From contig NMRA01000013.1 of NCBI GenBank assembly GCA_002633005.1, positions 1,091,001 through 1,155,000 of the forward strand: DNA of 64,000 nt, written 5' to 3'. Shown here piece after piece: positions 10,674 to 23,014 of this stretch. Source of the DNA: Phoronis australis (Eukaryota > Animalia > Phoronida). The position numbers and the translations under genes are program-made. Numbering within the stretch: position 1 is the first letter of the stretch; each line of letters opens with the position of its first letter. The notes beneath the pieces are model-generated. The model ran no database searches. It was not told where the DNA came from and saw only the letters and a program-made list of their open reading frames with translations.

Positions 10674-13151
10674 TGTGCTGGCTACCACCTAGCGGCACGC
10701 AGGGAACCAGCGACGCGATATTGCTGCGCGTGCACATGGTCAACAATGTTATGGAGAGGTGTTTTCGTAAACAGAGAAACAAAACAGTGACTACGTTTCA
10801 CAAGTTCACCATTTACCCGATTTTTCGGATTTCATATTTGAACGTATGGAGTTACATGTATGCTCTGTGGCAGATAAATTAAATAGATAGAAAAAAATAG
10901 ATTGGACTCATTGATATCCTTTAAACATTCGTTATTTGAATATGTGATGACCACGACGTACTTCACTAAACGTGACACCTAAAACCAAGGCAGTCAACAA
11001 CAGAAATGAAATTGATAATAAACACAGACAGCATGAAAGACGGTGTGTGAAATGCGTTCTGAAGAATAATTTTGGTCGTGGAACTCTAAAGGGAATTTAT
11101 TTACGTTTTGGATACAACTGGGATCTCCTTTTCCCTGATGTGACTAAAAAATAGTATTTCACATTTGCAGGTAATAAGTCGCACTCCATTGACAATACAT
11201 GCACGGCCTTTGCCGGTCCGTCGAATCGAAAGAAGACGATCTTCAATTTGACATTGTTTAGGAACAATTGATTGTGAAAAACATCGACGGAATTTGTCCC
11301 TAACATTTTACAGTGATAACAGTCCTCAATTGTAGCCATTTTTACCAAAAGTTCAATCTTAAGCCTTCTACGTAGCAGGCTGACTTTTGGTCTTAATTTT
11401 GAACTAAAGAAATCTCATGAAATGCTAAGACAGCCCGCTTTCGGTCTAAGTTAAGACAGAAACAGTTTCATGAAGCGGGTTCCTTATCTTGAGCAATTAT
11501 GAACTGTCTGTTTTTCTATGCTCAGAAATCACCTAGTAATGTGACTAATGACAAACATGAGACATGCAATTCAACTACAGTATTACCCCCATGATTGCAG
11601 AACTTCAGAGCAGTCCTCAGCATAGACAATCTCTCGCTTCATGCAAATTACGAAGCCTAGAACTTGGCAAGATATTTATGTAGGCAATGATAGTCTTGGT
11701 TGACCAATGAGACGGCATCAACTTGCACAGACATCGATACTTTCAAAGTAAAGAAATACTAAGTTAAGAGCATAATTGGTTCGTTCGCTCTCTTATTATA
11801 ACATGTGTGTTGATTGGTTTATCTGCAGCGTACGAGCACCCGCCTGTCATTCTTGCTCATAAGATTAACATTTAATGGCGTTTACTCATATACATACAAC
11901 GCATCACATTTACACAAAAATATAAAAACGGGCGAGATCTGGCGAGCTCAGCTCCTGTCACTTCCGAGACACAAGACTCAGCATAATCAGGATCAGTTTC
12001 AAAACAAAAGATCCATTATACTATCAAATACTGAAATTGTCAAAAAATGTGAATAAACAAAACTTTATTAGATCACTTGCTTTGTTGATGACCGTTCAAA
12101 AGTCAGCGAAGTAACTATTTTTTTCCGGTGAGCTATTCTAGGAAGGGAAGTCTTTCTCAACAGAAAATCACCATGACAACACAGGTGCAGAATTCACAAA
12201 ACAGGTAGTTGACTGCGTCCTGATGAGGAATTAATTTCCAGTAATTAGACTTTGATCACCGTGTACAAGTGTGGATCCAAAGGGGGTCCAGGGGATCTGG
12301 ACACACACCCCCTGCTCGATCTCCGGAAAGAAAATAATTAATGCCATCAAGTAAAGAGATTAAAGAGATGTTAATGACTTCGAAGCTGACTGGTCGATAT
12401 TTTTCACCAAATTAACTTGAACACCTTTTGATAATAGCTGTAACATCGTCAAATTATAGGTGCACAATATCCGTACTGTTTTGGCTTAGACAGAGACTGT
12501 AATTGGTTTTCTACATTCAGATGCAAAGCGATTTGCGCGTGCACTTTTAGTGTTTGGTTCCCCAGGTGCCGAGGGCATGGTTTGACCCCCGTATTGTGAA
12601 TGGTTAAAACGGAGTAACGCGCTCGAAGAGTAGTTGAACCCCCACTAACACGATTGGTTAAAATCAACTCACGCGCTTAAAACAATGCATGGATCCGTGG
12701 CAATATATTGGTGCCATGCAGTTTCGAATGTTTCGGTTGTAGGATAAATGAAAGCAAGTTTTCATTGACTCTTTTTTCCAAAAGATAGCAAAGACGTTGG
12801 ATCCCAAATCAGCATCAATTGCGACGTGTCTACGCGTTGAAGATACGTCGGTTGCCGATGAAAAATCAGCTGCTCCGTGTTTCTATGCTGAAAGTTCGTC
12901 GAGTTGGACAAAATCTCTCAAAGCTCAACGTGAACCAGATGAAGTGGTGGACGCAACATATTGCGATGTTGGAACAATTAACAGAATAGACATAAAGTAC
13001 GAAAAAATGAAACTTATGAAGATGCATTTTCATGCAGATAAAAGGTACAATTTTCCTTGTCGTCAGCAGAAGGTTAAAAACCTCAGATTTAATTTGAGTT
13101 GATTGGAAACTTTCCCATAGCTAGCATAGACCTCGCTATTCAATTCCGCAT

Positions 13152-15876
13152 TGATACGCCGTAAAATGTAGCAATTTCGTAAAATGTAACAACTGTTTCA
13201 TTTACACTGCTACATTTTACGTTGCTGAGCCTCTCCTAAAATGTAACAAGTTGTTACATTTTACGTAGTTGTTACATTTCACGTCTAACGCACATGCGAG
13301 AAATGTGCCATTGTTACATTTTACGAAACCCATGTCATATTGCAAAGAAAATGACCAAAATCACGAACAAGTGATATCTGACACGGCCAGGGGGTACTGG
13401 AATATTTTTAAACGAGGAGTGCCGCGCCCGAAAAATTTGAATACCTACCCGTTTAGAGAGTGGGCTCAAACAAAAAAGTGATCCATTTAGAGACTAATTT
13501 GTGTAAAAATTCACATTTTCGCACACAGAAATTCAGAAAAGCCACCTTTTAGATAGCCTACAGTTTTGTCGAAAATGGCACCATTTTGGAGAGTAGTTTT
13601 TCTGTGAAAAAACACCTCTTTGGGCTGCATTTTTCGTATACATCTTCTATAGGAATGACACGGGCTACCTATTATCATTTTTATTTGTATTACGTTAATA
13701 TCACTACTGTTACTACTGTTAATACTATTACTACTATCACCAGTATTACTCGTTATCGTTTTCGTTATCGTTATTATTATTATTAATGTCTTTAAATTTA
13801 TTTGAGGACACAATACATGTTAGCAAAGTGCTAATATATAATGGTAATCAAAGATTTTAAAATCATCTCATTTACGGTTTAATGTTGTCATCGGGCTTTC
13901 AATAGTGGACGGAGAGTGCTTTTCCAAAAGGATTTTAAAGGGACTCCTATGTTCAGCTTTAACGATATTGATTGTGAGGGACGTCTTGACAGCTGTGGAT
14001 GCAGCTAGGCCTACTTTTTGAAAACGAGGAGGCTGAGATTTAAAATCTTATTTAGGCGTGCACCAACTTCGAAAATTAATTATTTCTGAACTATCGGCAA
14101 ACACTGTATTATTTATAAATATAACTATATCCATCTGTAGTTTGCCACGAAGAACTGAATTCAGACCGCAATATTGTCTCTGAACATTCCTTGTCAAAGA
14201 ACTGGGGATCGTTCCACGATGTGTAAGTTCAAAAATTGCGTTGAGTTGAACATTGGAGGCAGACAATTTTTTTCGAGAACTAACGACTGGTTGGCTGCGG
14301 TCACCGGGTCATTAGACTAGCTGGTAACGGACACACAAAACACGTAACGATTTAATGCGAATTGGCCCCAAATTCTTAGAAAAGCACAGTGATTTAACAG
14401 AACGATTTAAAATAGGTTCCATTGAAAGTGGCTTACATGGAGCACAAAACGCCAACGTCGACGTCACCAATGTTTAATATCAGCATTTAATGCAATGCAT
14501 CAAAAGGGTTAATGTACCAAATTCCCTGAGATGCGAGCTGCAAATCAAAAAGTGGCGCCTCATGAGACACCTGACTTCACGTCCATTAGTAACAGAATGG
14601 CCAAAGTTTGTCCTAATTTATAGGTACTTAGAACTAACGACCAATGACCAAATAGCAACTTAATTCACATTTTATCTTAAAAGATAATGGAAAGAGAACG
14701 TGCATGATTTTTTTAGTCCCAAAGGCCCGACTGTTAGCTTTTTTGACTATTGCCCCTTTAAACTATCGACCTAGACCAGGTTTGAGCAAAATGAACATGT
14801 CTCTTCAGAGAGCAAAATATTTTCTATTTCCCCAGCTAGGCATCCCATTTTTACGTATACACGTCACGGTTTGACCTGTTGTTACCACTACTATTTCAGA
14901 CAAGCTTAACATCACAGAAACAATGATATTTCTTTCGTTGCTATGCCGTCACTTTTTTAAGATAATGGCTCGCCCTTCTCAAAGGCGATATTTTGCTGTT
15001 GCTTTGACAAAATCTGTCAACCTTCCGGCAAATAAATGCGTGCTTTTATTTCCTTCCACCGCAACGTCTTTAAGAAATTGTGTTTCGTAACTAAGGTTGT
15101 AGACAGCACCCGCCTGCAGCAGAAACTTTGATTTTGCTCCTTTTGTGTGAAGCAGGGCAATTACTGCATTAGCGATGACTCAAAGGCAATAAAACACTGG
15201 CCGAAAAGAATCAAACTATCGTAGACTAAAACTGGTGTTTTTTCTATCAAATCGGCTTCCGAAACTGAATTTTCAATGAAAAAAATGTTATGAAGAAATA
15301 CGATAAATATTAGCGACGTCATTGTTGTTCTTACCAAGGGAAGTGTGTTTACTGTAATATCGGAAACACAATTGGTTTGTAAGCGCCAACAAAAAATTCA
15401 AGAGCGGTTTAACGGTAAAAACTTGTTACCTGATCCTGGAAACTTGTTACATTTTAGGAGAGGTCTAGCAACGTAAAATGTAACAATTGTTACCTGATCC
15501 TGGAAACTCCTTTCGTGTGGAGTTGAAATTGTACGCTGTACATTTTTAGCCATACCATAAAACTAATCGTGTTAAAAAACCATGAAAAATACATAGGGAC
15601 ACATTTATATAGTCGACCTGGCACATTTGATAGAATTTGTCAACGGTTTTCCTCCGTGTGACAAATACCATGCAAATTCATGAAATATGACGTCGCTTTC
15701 GTAAAATGTAACAATGGTATATTTCTCGCATGTGCATTCGACGTAAATTGTAACAATTTCATAAAATGTAACAACTTGTTACATTTTAGGAGAGGTTTAG
15801 CAACGTAAAATGTAACAATGACATAAAATGTAACAATTGTTACATTTTACGAAATTTTGCATGTTACGGCGTATCA
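13152..15876. mobile_element. Non-autonomous DNA transposon with ~200-bp TIRs and TG...CA termini, unclassified
   Basis: tgatacgccgtaa ... ttacggcgtatca. 13152-13345 mirrors 15680-15876, with many aaaatgtaacaa / ttgttacatttt subrepeats. Flanks ccgcat / ccgcac suggest a 6-bp TSD with one mismatch. Confidence 0.85.
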
Positions 15877-15962
15877 CCGCACGTATGCTTATCTCCTGGA
15901 CCGACGGTGTCGCCACTATCGTTCGCTGAAAACGGAGGTGTGTGGTGAAGCAAAAGCAAACT

Positions 15963-16292
15963 AGTCTCTCAATAACTTTTTACACTCGCGGTGTGGTGTG
16001 AGTCTGTCCGACGGGATTATGCGACATGGGGAATAAAACTGAACTGAGTTGATTTGTCTCAAATATGCAAAATGAGCTTAATGTTTAAATCTATTATTTT
16101 CGTATTACATTAATCTCCCCTACTTCATTACCAACTTGTCATTGGTAATTTTCAGCGCATCATTTGTCTTGTCAAATGTTGTTTGAGACTTGACACTGAC
16201 AAGTGAACGAGATTGGGATCTATTTTAAAATCAAATTACGTCAGATGTCGCACTCATCAAATGTCGGGAGTGTAAAAAGTTATTGAGAGACT
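15963..16292. mobile_element. MITE with 25-bp perfect TIR
   Basis: agtctctcaataactttttacactc / gagtgtaaaaagttattgagagact. Confidence 0.85.
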
Positions 16293-16512
16293 GGGATGCG
16301 TTCGCTGCGGTGAGTGGTGAAGGTGTGAAAAGACCTTAAACATTTCGCCTAGAAAAAGTGGAGGAAGACATTATGTCGCAATGAGATGTCACAACAACCA
16401 GAAGAAGCTGATGTGCGCGTGGAAGCAATCAATTTGCAGTGAACAGGGTGATAAACGTCAAGCTTGCCCGTGTTTGCCGCCGCTAAGGATGTTTTGTATT
16501 CCCAAGAACTCA

Positions 16513-16790
16513 GTAAGGATTTTGAGTTGGGGGGGGGGGGGNAATTTCGCCTCGTGCGTGCGCCCAGCCTAAAATGTAGTTATGAAGGGGGTCTCGAATT
16601 TATGGGTTTTTGGATCTTATTACAAAACAAAAAACGGGGTTTGTTCAAGGCCTATGCATTGTGTATTCGCCCCCGAGCCCCCGTGGGTGCGCGCATATGC
16701 TAGTCAGCAATTCGCACCCCAAACCGTCAAATGGAATCTGAGAGAATTTTAGGGGGCCATGGCCCCCTTCTTCCCCTAAATCCGCCACTG
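16513..16790. mobile_element. hAT-like MITE, interrupted copy of the 60899-61056 family
   Basis: Shares aggattttgagttggggggg, caaatggaatctgaga, catggccccctt and ctaaatccgccactg with 60899-61056. Confidence 0.65.
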
Positions 16791-18161
16791 ATACTATGTA
16801 TTATTTAAAGAAAAATAAGTTTTGTTGACCGTTTTATAATGTTTGCGTCTAGAAAAAGAAAATAAAAAGTGTCATCATCATAATGTCGGCTGACAGTGTA
16901 AGTTTGAATATTTAGACATCGCGCAGTAAAAAAAAAATAATTATACAGTACACGTTATCGCCATCAATTGCAGTTATTCAAGACTAGCAGAAAAATCCTA
17001 TGAAGTTTGTTTTTCTCACGACTGTAAAATTCGTTCAGGAGTATGAGTTAGGAGTATAACGGGACTTTATATAACTAGTGAAGGTACTCATACTCAAGTG
17101 TATTGTTGAAAAATCAAACATGCAGGTAAGTTCGTTGCATTATATTGCCTAGTGTCTGCAACTCTGCTAGTCTCCGAATCACAACCTGAAGCAGACGAAA
17201 TCTTCTTAATTTGGTTTTGTTTTGTAAACAGAGACCTGCAATATTATAAAGCACTAACTTATAGCCAGTGACATTAGCAATGAAGTAGATTGCGAGTCTG
17301 CCATAACTTATGGTTTATATATGTTTCAAGTCTACGCTGTCGCTGGTCTTGAACTGCACTGGTTTCAGCACCTTAATGTCGCATGGTCACGTGATCCCGT
17401 AATGGCGGTCTCCGCATTTTGGCGCGAGAGACCCGAGGCTGTGCCCCCCTTACGTCATCCCCGATCTGTCAATGTAGTATTGGCTTTCATTGTTAAAAAT
17501 CCAAAAGCGTCTGATATCGATCTCCTTCCGGAGATGAGTCAACTAGACTTAATATTTCCCAGGGTTTACAAATCAGGAGGTCGTGTGAAGCCCTTAATTG
17601 GGGCGGGATAGTGTAACCACGATATTTATTGGCTGTCAACTGGGTGTACTCTTCCAGTAAGCTAGCGTTGCGCATGCTCGTTGATAAAAAGCGACCGGTA
17701 AGTAGTAGCCATTTGATGAACAAAAGACCTGTCGCAGAACTGACAAACAGAATCCCGCATTTTAAAAATCGGAATTCCGAAGAACGCAGTGTGCACGAGT
17801 CCGAAGACAATCTCCTAGTGCTTTGACCAAGGATCCGATATTTACTTGTCTCCTAAACTTTTTAAAATAAAAAGCGAGCCTCCATTTATGTGGCTTGAAC
17901 TAAAAAATCTGAAAAATATAGACGAGCAGGAGACAGTTTTATATGTAGGCACACGGTAATATTCACATACTGTATCTAACACACATGGAGACCAATTAAA
18001 GTATACTTTGTCAAAAAGTTCAACAAAAATTATTAGTTGCAGCAAGTCAATCAGTCGTCAAAAGAGAAATAAGTGAAGAATTCAAGCACATTGCTTCGGA
18101 CGGTTATCGACCAAATCAATCACATGTTGTAAAACTACTCGCACATCCTATGGGATTTTAA

Positions 18162-18635
18162 AGTCCTAGAAGCACACGTTTTTAACGCTTACTATATGGT
18201 TAGAAGACATTATAAGGAACCACGCAGTACTTATTTCATAACCAATACACAATTCGTAGTCGAAGAAAATATAAATAAACGCGTCACTCACGATTCCGAC
18301 CCCGGCAAAGATCATCCCGCCATTATGAACTAACCGCGAAACCGGAAGTACAATTCATTCAGCAACCCAGGCTTAAGAATGCTGCCTGTGCGACTGAAGC
18401 AGTGTCTGTTACCAGCCTGCAAACGGGGATAAAATAATCGACAGCGGACCTCTACTTTCACGAAACCAATATAGGGACAATTTGTACTGGAAATGTTGAC
18501 AAAATAAATAAATTTTGACAAATTATTTTGCCGTCCTCGGACCAAGACGAAGGCATGTTTTATCGGAATAAATGGTTCAAATCATGAATGCCATATACAT
18601 ACAAAGATAGTTTCCGACACTTGTACGAAATTACG
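18162..18635. mobile_element. Left portion of a second copy of the 8583-10082 Kolobok-type family
   Basis: Starts ttaa|agtcct and is colinear with 8583-9100 (e.g. ccggaagtacaattcattcag, gggataaaataatcgacagcg). Homology stops at aaattacgg and the right end was not identified. Confidence 0.75.
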
Positions 18636-20166
18636 GACTAGTAACAGTCCTACGTCAACGAGTGAATAACAACCGAGGCCAACAATGGCGCCGGGCTAGG
18701 CTAAGCGTGTTTTAGTGGGTTTAATTAACTCTGGTAAACAAACAGTATAAGCAGAACAACGAACATGAAACATCAAATTGTTGAATAAAATTGCTATACA
18801 GTTAGAATATCCTGACAGTTAAACTTGCGAAAATATGGAAAATAAATTTAGACGCGTCTTCGCTACAGGCCGGCTGACTGTCAAGAGAATGCCATTTGAT
18901 GGCGAAATAATTTCAGGTAGAAAACTTGCGATGGTGCCAAATGGTATAATATAAGTATTAATGACTTTAAAGTAAAAGGAATAATTCCCACTTAGCCAGA
19001 AAACTCGTATACGCTGCTAGCCCGGGCGGAGCCGGACCGCCTGACCTGCCGTGCGCGGACAGCTGTGCTCCGCATGGCAAAATGAAAACATTAATAAGCT
19101 ACCTGGCACTGAATGAATGAAATTCCTGTGACAAAGAGATTGAAAATACTGCGTCATGCTCCTAACACTGCAATATTTTCCCATCTCCGACATTCAGCTC
19201 ATTGAGTAAAATTCACTACACTCCCACCCGCCCCGGTTTGTGGCGCGGAATTTTATATTTAGACAACAGAGGTATATATTGTAAGTTTGTTTTTGTGAGG
19301 TTTGAAAATATATTTTCCCTGATAATTGAAAATCAAAGCCAATTTACCAAGTGATTATTTTCCCCGATGATGAGTCACGTCGACTGCAGGCCGGGGAATT
19401 ACAGATGCGGAGCACACAGTTTTGAGATAAAATTTGTTTTTATTTGTCGAAACATCGCTGTATGTGGATGTTTTTCTGTTTTACAATTTTAACGGCCAGT
19501 AAAGCCGGTGCCGATTTGCTGCCAATCAAACGCACTCACACGTCCGGGTAGTCACAGTGACACGGCAATTGTTCACTTCAGGCTGGTACTTTGCATCAAT
19601 TTCACGATATGGCGATAAGGATAAGACATTTGTTGATCAAGAAACTTGTTTCCTCTAATTTATTACCTAGACGGGTAATGTTGCTGAAATTTGACGTACG
19701 CTCGCAATGAGTCATGGCTAACTTCAGTAGCCGAGCGATGGCTACGGGAGACTGCGACGGTACTTCACAAACTTATGCATTAAATACCATTCTTCGTATG
19801 CAATGAACAGGTAAAATTTGGACCTTAAATAATTAAGTTGGTAAAAAAAGAACCAAAATGGGAATCAAAAACAACCAAACAAGTAACAACGCATTTACGC
19901 TCGCGGTGATGTCAATACGTCTTCAAGGACAACATGCCTGACATTCAGGAATCGTTCCTGAACAGACACACAGGAACTCAGGTCACGGAAATAGACGGCA
20001 ATAGTCGATGATTTTCCGCTCTCGGCCGAGGTGCAAAATTGTGCTAAAAAGGCTTTTAGTTTGATAACGGAAAGGATGTGAACATTATGCCATGTTGAAT
20101 ATTATTTAATTTGGTATGTATTTTGAGGGATTTTGAACTAGTCGGAGATTGCCCTTTGAATTAAGG

Positions 20167-20412
20167 GGCCCGTTCCAAGAAAATGACTTAAGTTCATTTT
20201 TTACTGAAGTCTAAGATTTGTATTAACTTCCAAACTTTGAAACTTCCACGTCCTGTAAGTTCGCCAAACTTAAGACAAAACTTTCGCCAAACACTTAAGT
20301 CAAGCTTAAGAACTCTTTCGTGAAATGATTTTGAGACAAATTTAACTTTTATCTTAAAATTTAGTAAAATTTAAGAATTGTCTTAGCTAAGTCAGTTTTG
20401 TTGGAACGGGCC
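20167..20412. mobile_element. PIF/Harbinger-like MITE
   Basis: TIR ggcccgttccaagaaaatgactta / taagtcagttttgttggaacgggcc, with TAA at or near both flanks and cttaag-rich internal repeats. Confidence 0.7.
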
Positions 20413-21539
20413 TAAGGACTTTAACATAATTGATTATGATTTGCAATATGAAACTTTTCGTTGGGGAGTCTCACTCTCAGTAGGTACATACCAAAGTATA
20501 CAGTAGGCTATTTGCCTCAAGATGTCGCCTGATCGTGGGTTTGATATATTTCGGTGACGCAGGAGTGTGCGTGGGTCAGAACAGAATGTGCTCTGAAAGT
20601 TGTTCAGAAAAATGTTACTGTTACTAGTCTCGAAATGATCAGGAGCTGCGCTACAAGCATGTTTTAAGACCACTTGCAGCGTCATGTTGCAATGGGAGGA
20701 TTCAGTTATGTGAAATACTGATGATATCGCCTTGATAAACACACACTCAAATAATTATCGCTGCCTGTGTTACCATACAAGGTTGACTTTAATTTTAAAT
20801 TTCAGATGGTGCGCCAACAAAATGGTTTCCAAACTAAATGCCAACGAAGTCTAAGTTGATATGAATATGTCGCTAGCACGCAGTGTACCTATAAGTCAGC
20901 ATACAAGTATCGTTCGTGTTTCTTTAATAAACTTTTAAGAAGACTAAAAGAGCCTTGAACCCGCGTTGCTGTCAAAGAAAATATCAGTGAGTTTGGACCG
21001 TTTACCGATCGCAAAGTCTTGCTTTTTATGGAGGTCCTAGCGTTACTGAACTCTACTCAAGTTTATAGCCGCTATGAAGTATGTCTTCTTAACTGTGAGA
21101 GGGAACTTTAATCGTTAAGAACCGATTTCCGACCACGTTTACATGACACAACCAAATTTGCCAATGTTAGAGGCTTTTAAACGTCTTTCGCAGACAGCTT
21201 ACCGCAGCTGTTGTAATTTGTATTCAGGTGTTTGAAGTGTACATATATACATTCAAATGTACACGCACGCACACGAACACGCACACACACATGAGTAACC
21301 GCATCAGCACTAATCAAGGCATTTAACCAAATATCTCAGAAATTAGAGCTTAACCCGTACAGGGTGTGTTTCAAACGTGCCCACGCTTCAAATGACAATA
21401 ACTGCGTTGTATTATTTCATATTTACAGATGATCAAAAAGAAATTAGTGTTTAAACAGAAATAAACGCATTGTTTACATAATTGTGAAAAAAGATTGATT
21501 GTCACTTTCTAACACTGCGCGGAGGTGATGATGTATTAT

Positions 21540-22300
21540 CATCATATTTGAAGATTCTTGATTTTTCACATCTATCTCTAGCCAAATTCTTTGGCACGAC
21601 GTTTCGGTCGGTCATTTCTCCGGCCATCCTCAGGTGTTACAAAGTTCTTAAACGAGCGAGCACGTGTATCTAGCATACTCATGGTGGGCTCTCGGGTTAT
21701 ATTCTCTATGTACACACTGGAGTTTGAACCCGGTTGTCAGCCCAACATTGTCACCACTAGACCTTAAGTCATCCATTAATTTGAGGGAACTTTGCTCTAC
21801 TTATACATCCCTTATTACTTAAGGTGGGGTAGCTAGGTGCCGCTTGGCTTCTTGCTATGTTGACTGAAGACATTGCCATGTAGCTATATGTGCCTTGATT
21901 CCTTGATCCTTCAATAGTCCAGACTGTTTCACAGTCCAGTGGAGTATCCGAATGTTCTTCCACTAACAGGTCGTGTTCGGCAATACTGCTTTCTAGTGGT
22001 CTTCGCGTTTCACTTATGTAGGATTCGCAGCCACACGATGACATTCATTTTTCCCCAAATGTCTGTCTTTGGCCTTAATTTTAGTGGCCAGTCTTCAACA
22101 CAAGGTGTCTGATCTACGGTATATCGCTTTTATTTCAGATTCCTTGCAAATGCATCCTAGTTTAGAAAGGTTCAAAGTAAGTATTTAAGCAACAGAATTT
22201 GCTGTGTAGGGCCTCGTTCTACCTTCTCCTGTCATTGCGGATTCGATGAAATCACCTTTGTAACCATTCATTTTGAATGTTTGTAGCAGGTTGTCCACAT
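21540..22300 (-). mobile_element. Degenerate Penelope-like retroelement (RT C-terminus plus GIY-YIG remnant)
   Basis: Minus-strand fragments LLQTFKMNGYKGDFIESAM (Penelope ..F..NGY...FI motif) and CGCESYISETRRPLESSIAEH (YIGET.R.L..RI.EH motif). 3' pseudo-LTR contains a hammerhead core. An inverted partial copy of that end lies at ~22413-22518. Confidence 0.8.
21595..21636 (-). ncRNA. Minimal type I hammerhead ribozyme motif
   Basis: Minus strand CAC-CUGAGGA-UGGCCGG-agaaauga-CCGACC-GAAAC-GUC-GUG: intact CUGAnGA and GAAA cores, helix II with one mismatch, palindromic ACGU stem III, GUC cleavage triplet, helix I CAC/GUG. Confidence 0.7.
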
Positions 22301-22304
22301 CAAT

Positions 22305-22352
22305 AAGAGTGCTGGACTGGCAACCGGAAGGTCCCGGGTTCAAACCCTGTCT
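22305..22352 (+). mobile_element. 5'-truncated tRNA-like SINE head
   Basis: aagagtgctggactggcaaccggaaggtcccgggttcaaaccc, with an anticodon-arm-like stem and box B. Confidence 0.5.
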
Positions 22353-22777
22353 TGTATCAGGAGAAATATAGTGCAAATGTCCACCGTGCTCGTTCTCCTA
22401 AGAATGTTGTAGCACCCGAAAATGGTGAGAGAAATGACCGAGAAAAAATCCTCCTGCCAATGTAAATAGGCTAGAGGTTGGTAAAAACAGACCAACAGAT
22501 TTTAGACATGAAATAAGATTGTCTTTACACTTCCTTCACGTTTTGAATTTCCATAGCATTTCCGTCGTCATCGTCTTAGCACATTTTCCCCGGTTTGTTT
22601 GAAGTCACAAAAACTCCAAACGAAACACGGGTGTTATGGGACCCTTCTAAACGAAGCTATAGCGTGCTATACGGCCCCATGGCTGCCAAGCAGGGCTCTT
22701 TGTGACAGGTTGGTCCTTGAATACGCAGAAAATGTTCTGCTGCCTTTGGTAAGGGCTTCTTTCTGACGTTTACTTAC

Positions 22778-22824
22778 CGGCACTGGGGGGTCAAAACGGA
22801 TACTTCAATTAAAAGCTTCACGAC
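22778..22824 (-). other. Candidate alternative (cassette or mutually exclusive) 47-nt exon
   Basis: cttccatttag|GTCGTG...TGCCG|gtaagt. Open in phase 0 (VVKLLIEVSVLTPQC+CG), 157 nt downstream of the ATG exon. Confidence 0.3.
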
Positions 22825-22981
22825 CTAAATGGAAGATTTGTCAGGGGTCCCCGATATTAGTCACAACAGGTGAGAGTCCAGGATGTGCGCACTCAATCTC
22901 ATCAACAAGAAAATTACAGGTTAGGACTGCCGACGTGCATCGTGCCACTAACTCTACTGAAGAAACACACGACGTACTCAC

Positions 22982-23014
22982 CATAACGAATGCCGGAAAC
23001 GTATGGTTTCACAC
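22982..23014 (-). CDS. GUCY1B2: Probable initiation exon of the sGC gene (30 nt 5'UTR plus ATG at 22982-22984)
   Basis: ctctattttag|GTGTGAAACC...CGTTATG|gtgagt. Perfect donor directly after ATG and an in-frame TGA upstream. Exon 7473-7546 starts in phase 0 at Tyr2 and so needs an ATG-only coding exon, as in sGC beta genes. Implies a ~15.4 kb intron. Confidence 0.55.

Noticed and set aside
10130-10720. Promoter-like cluster (E-box, CCAAT, YY1 aaaatggcgg, CTCF-like motifs) as a host promoter
   Set aside because: Mostly inside a putative MITE, and similar motif clusters recur in other repeats here. No linked exon found.
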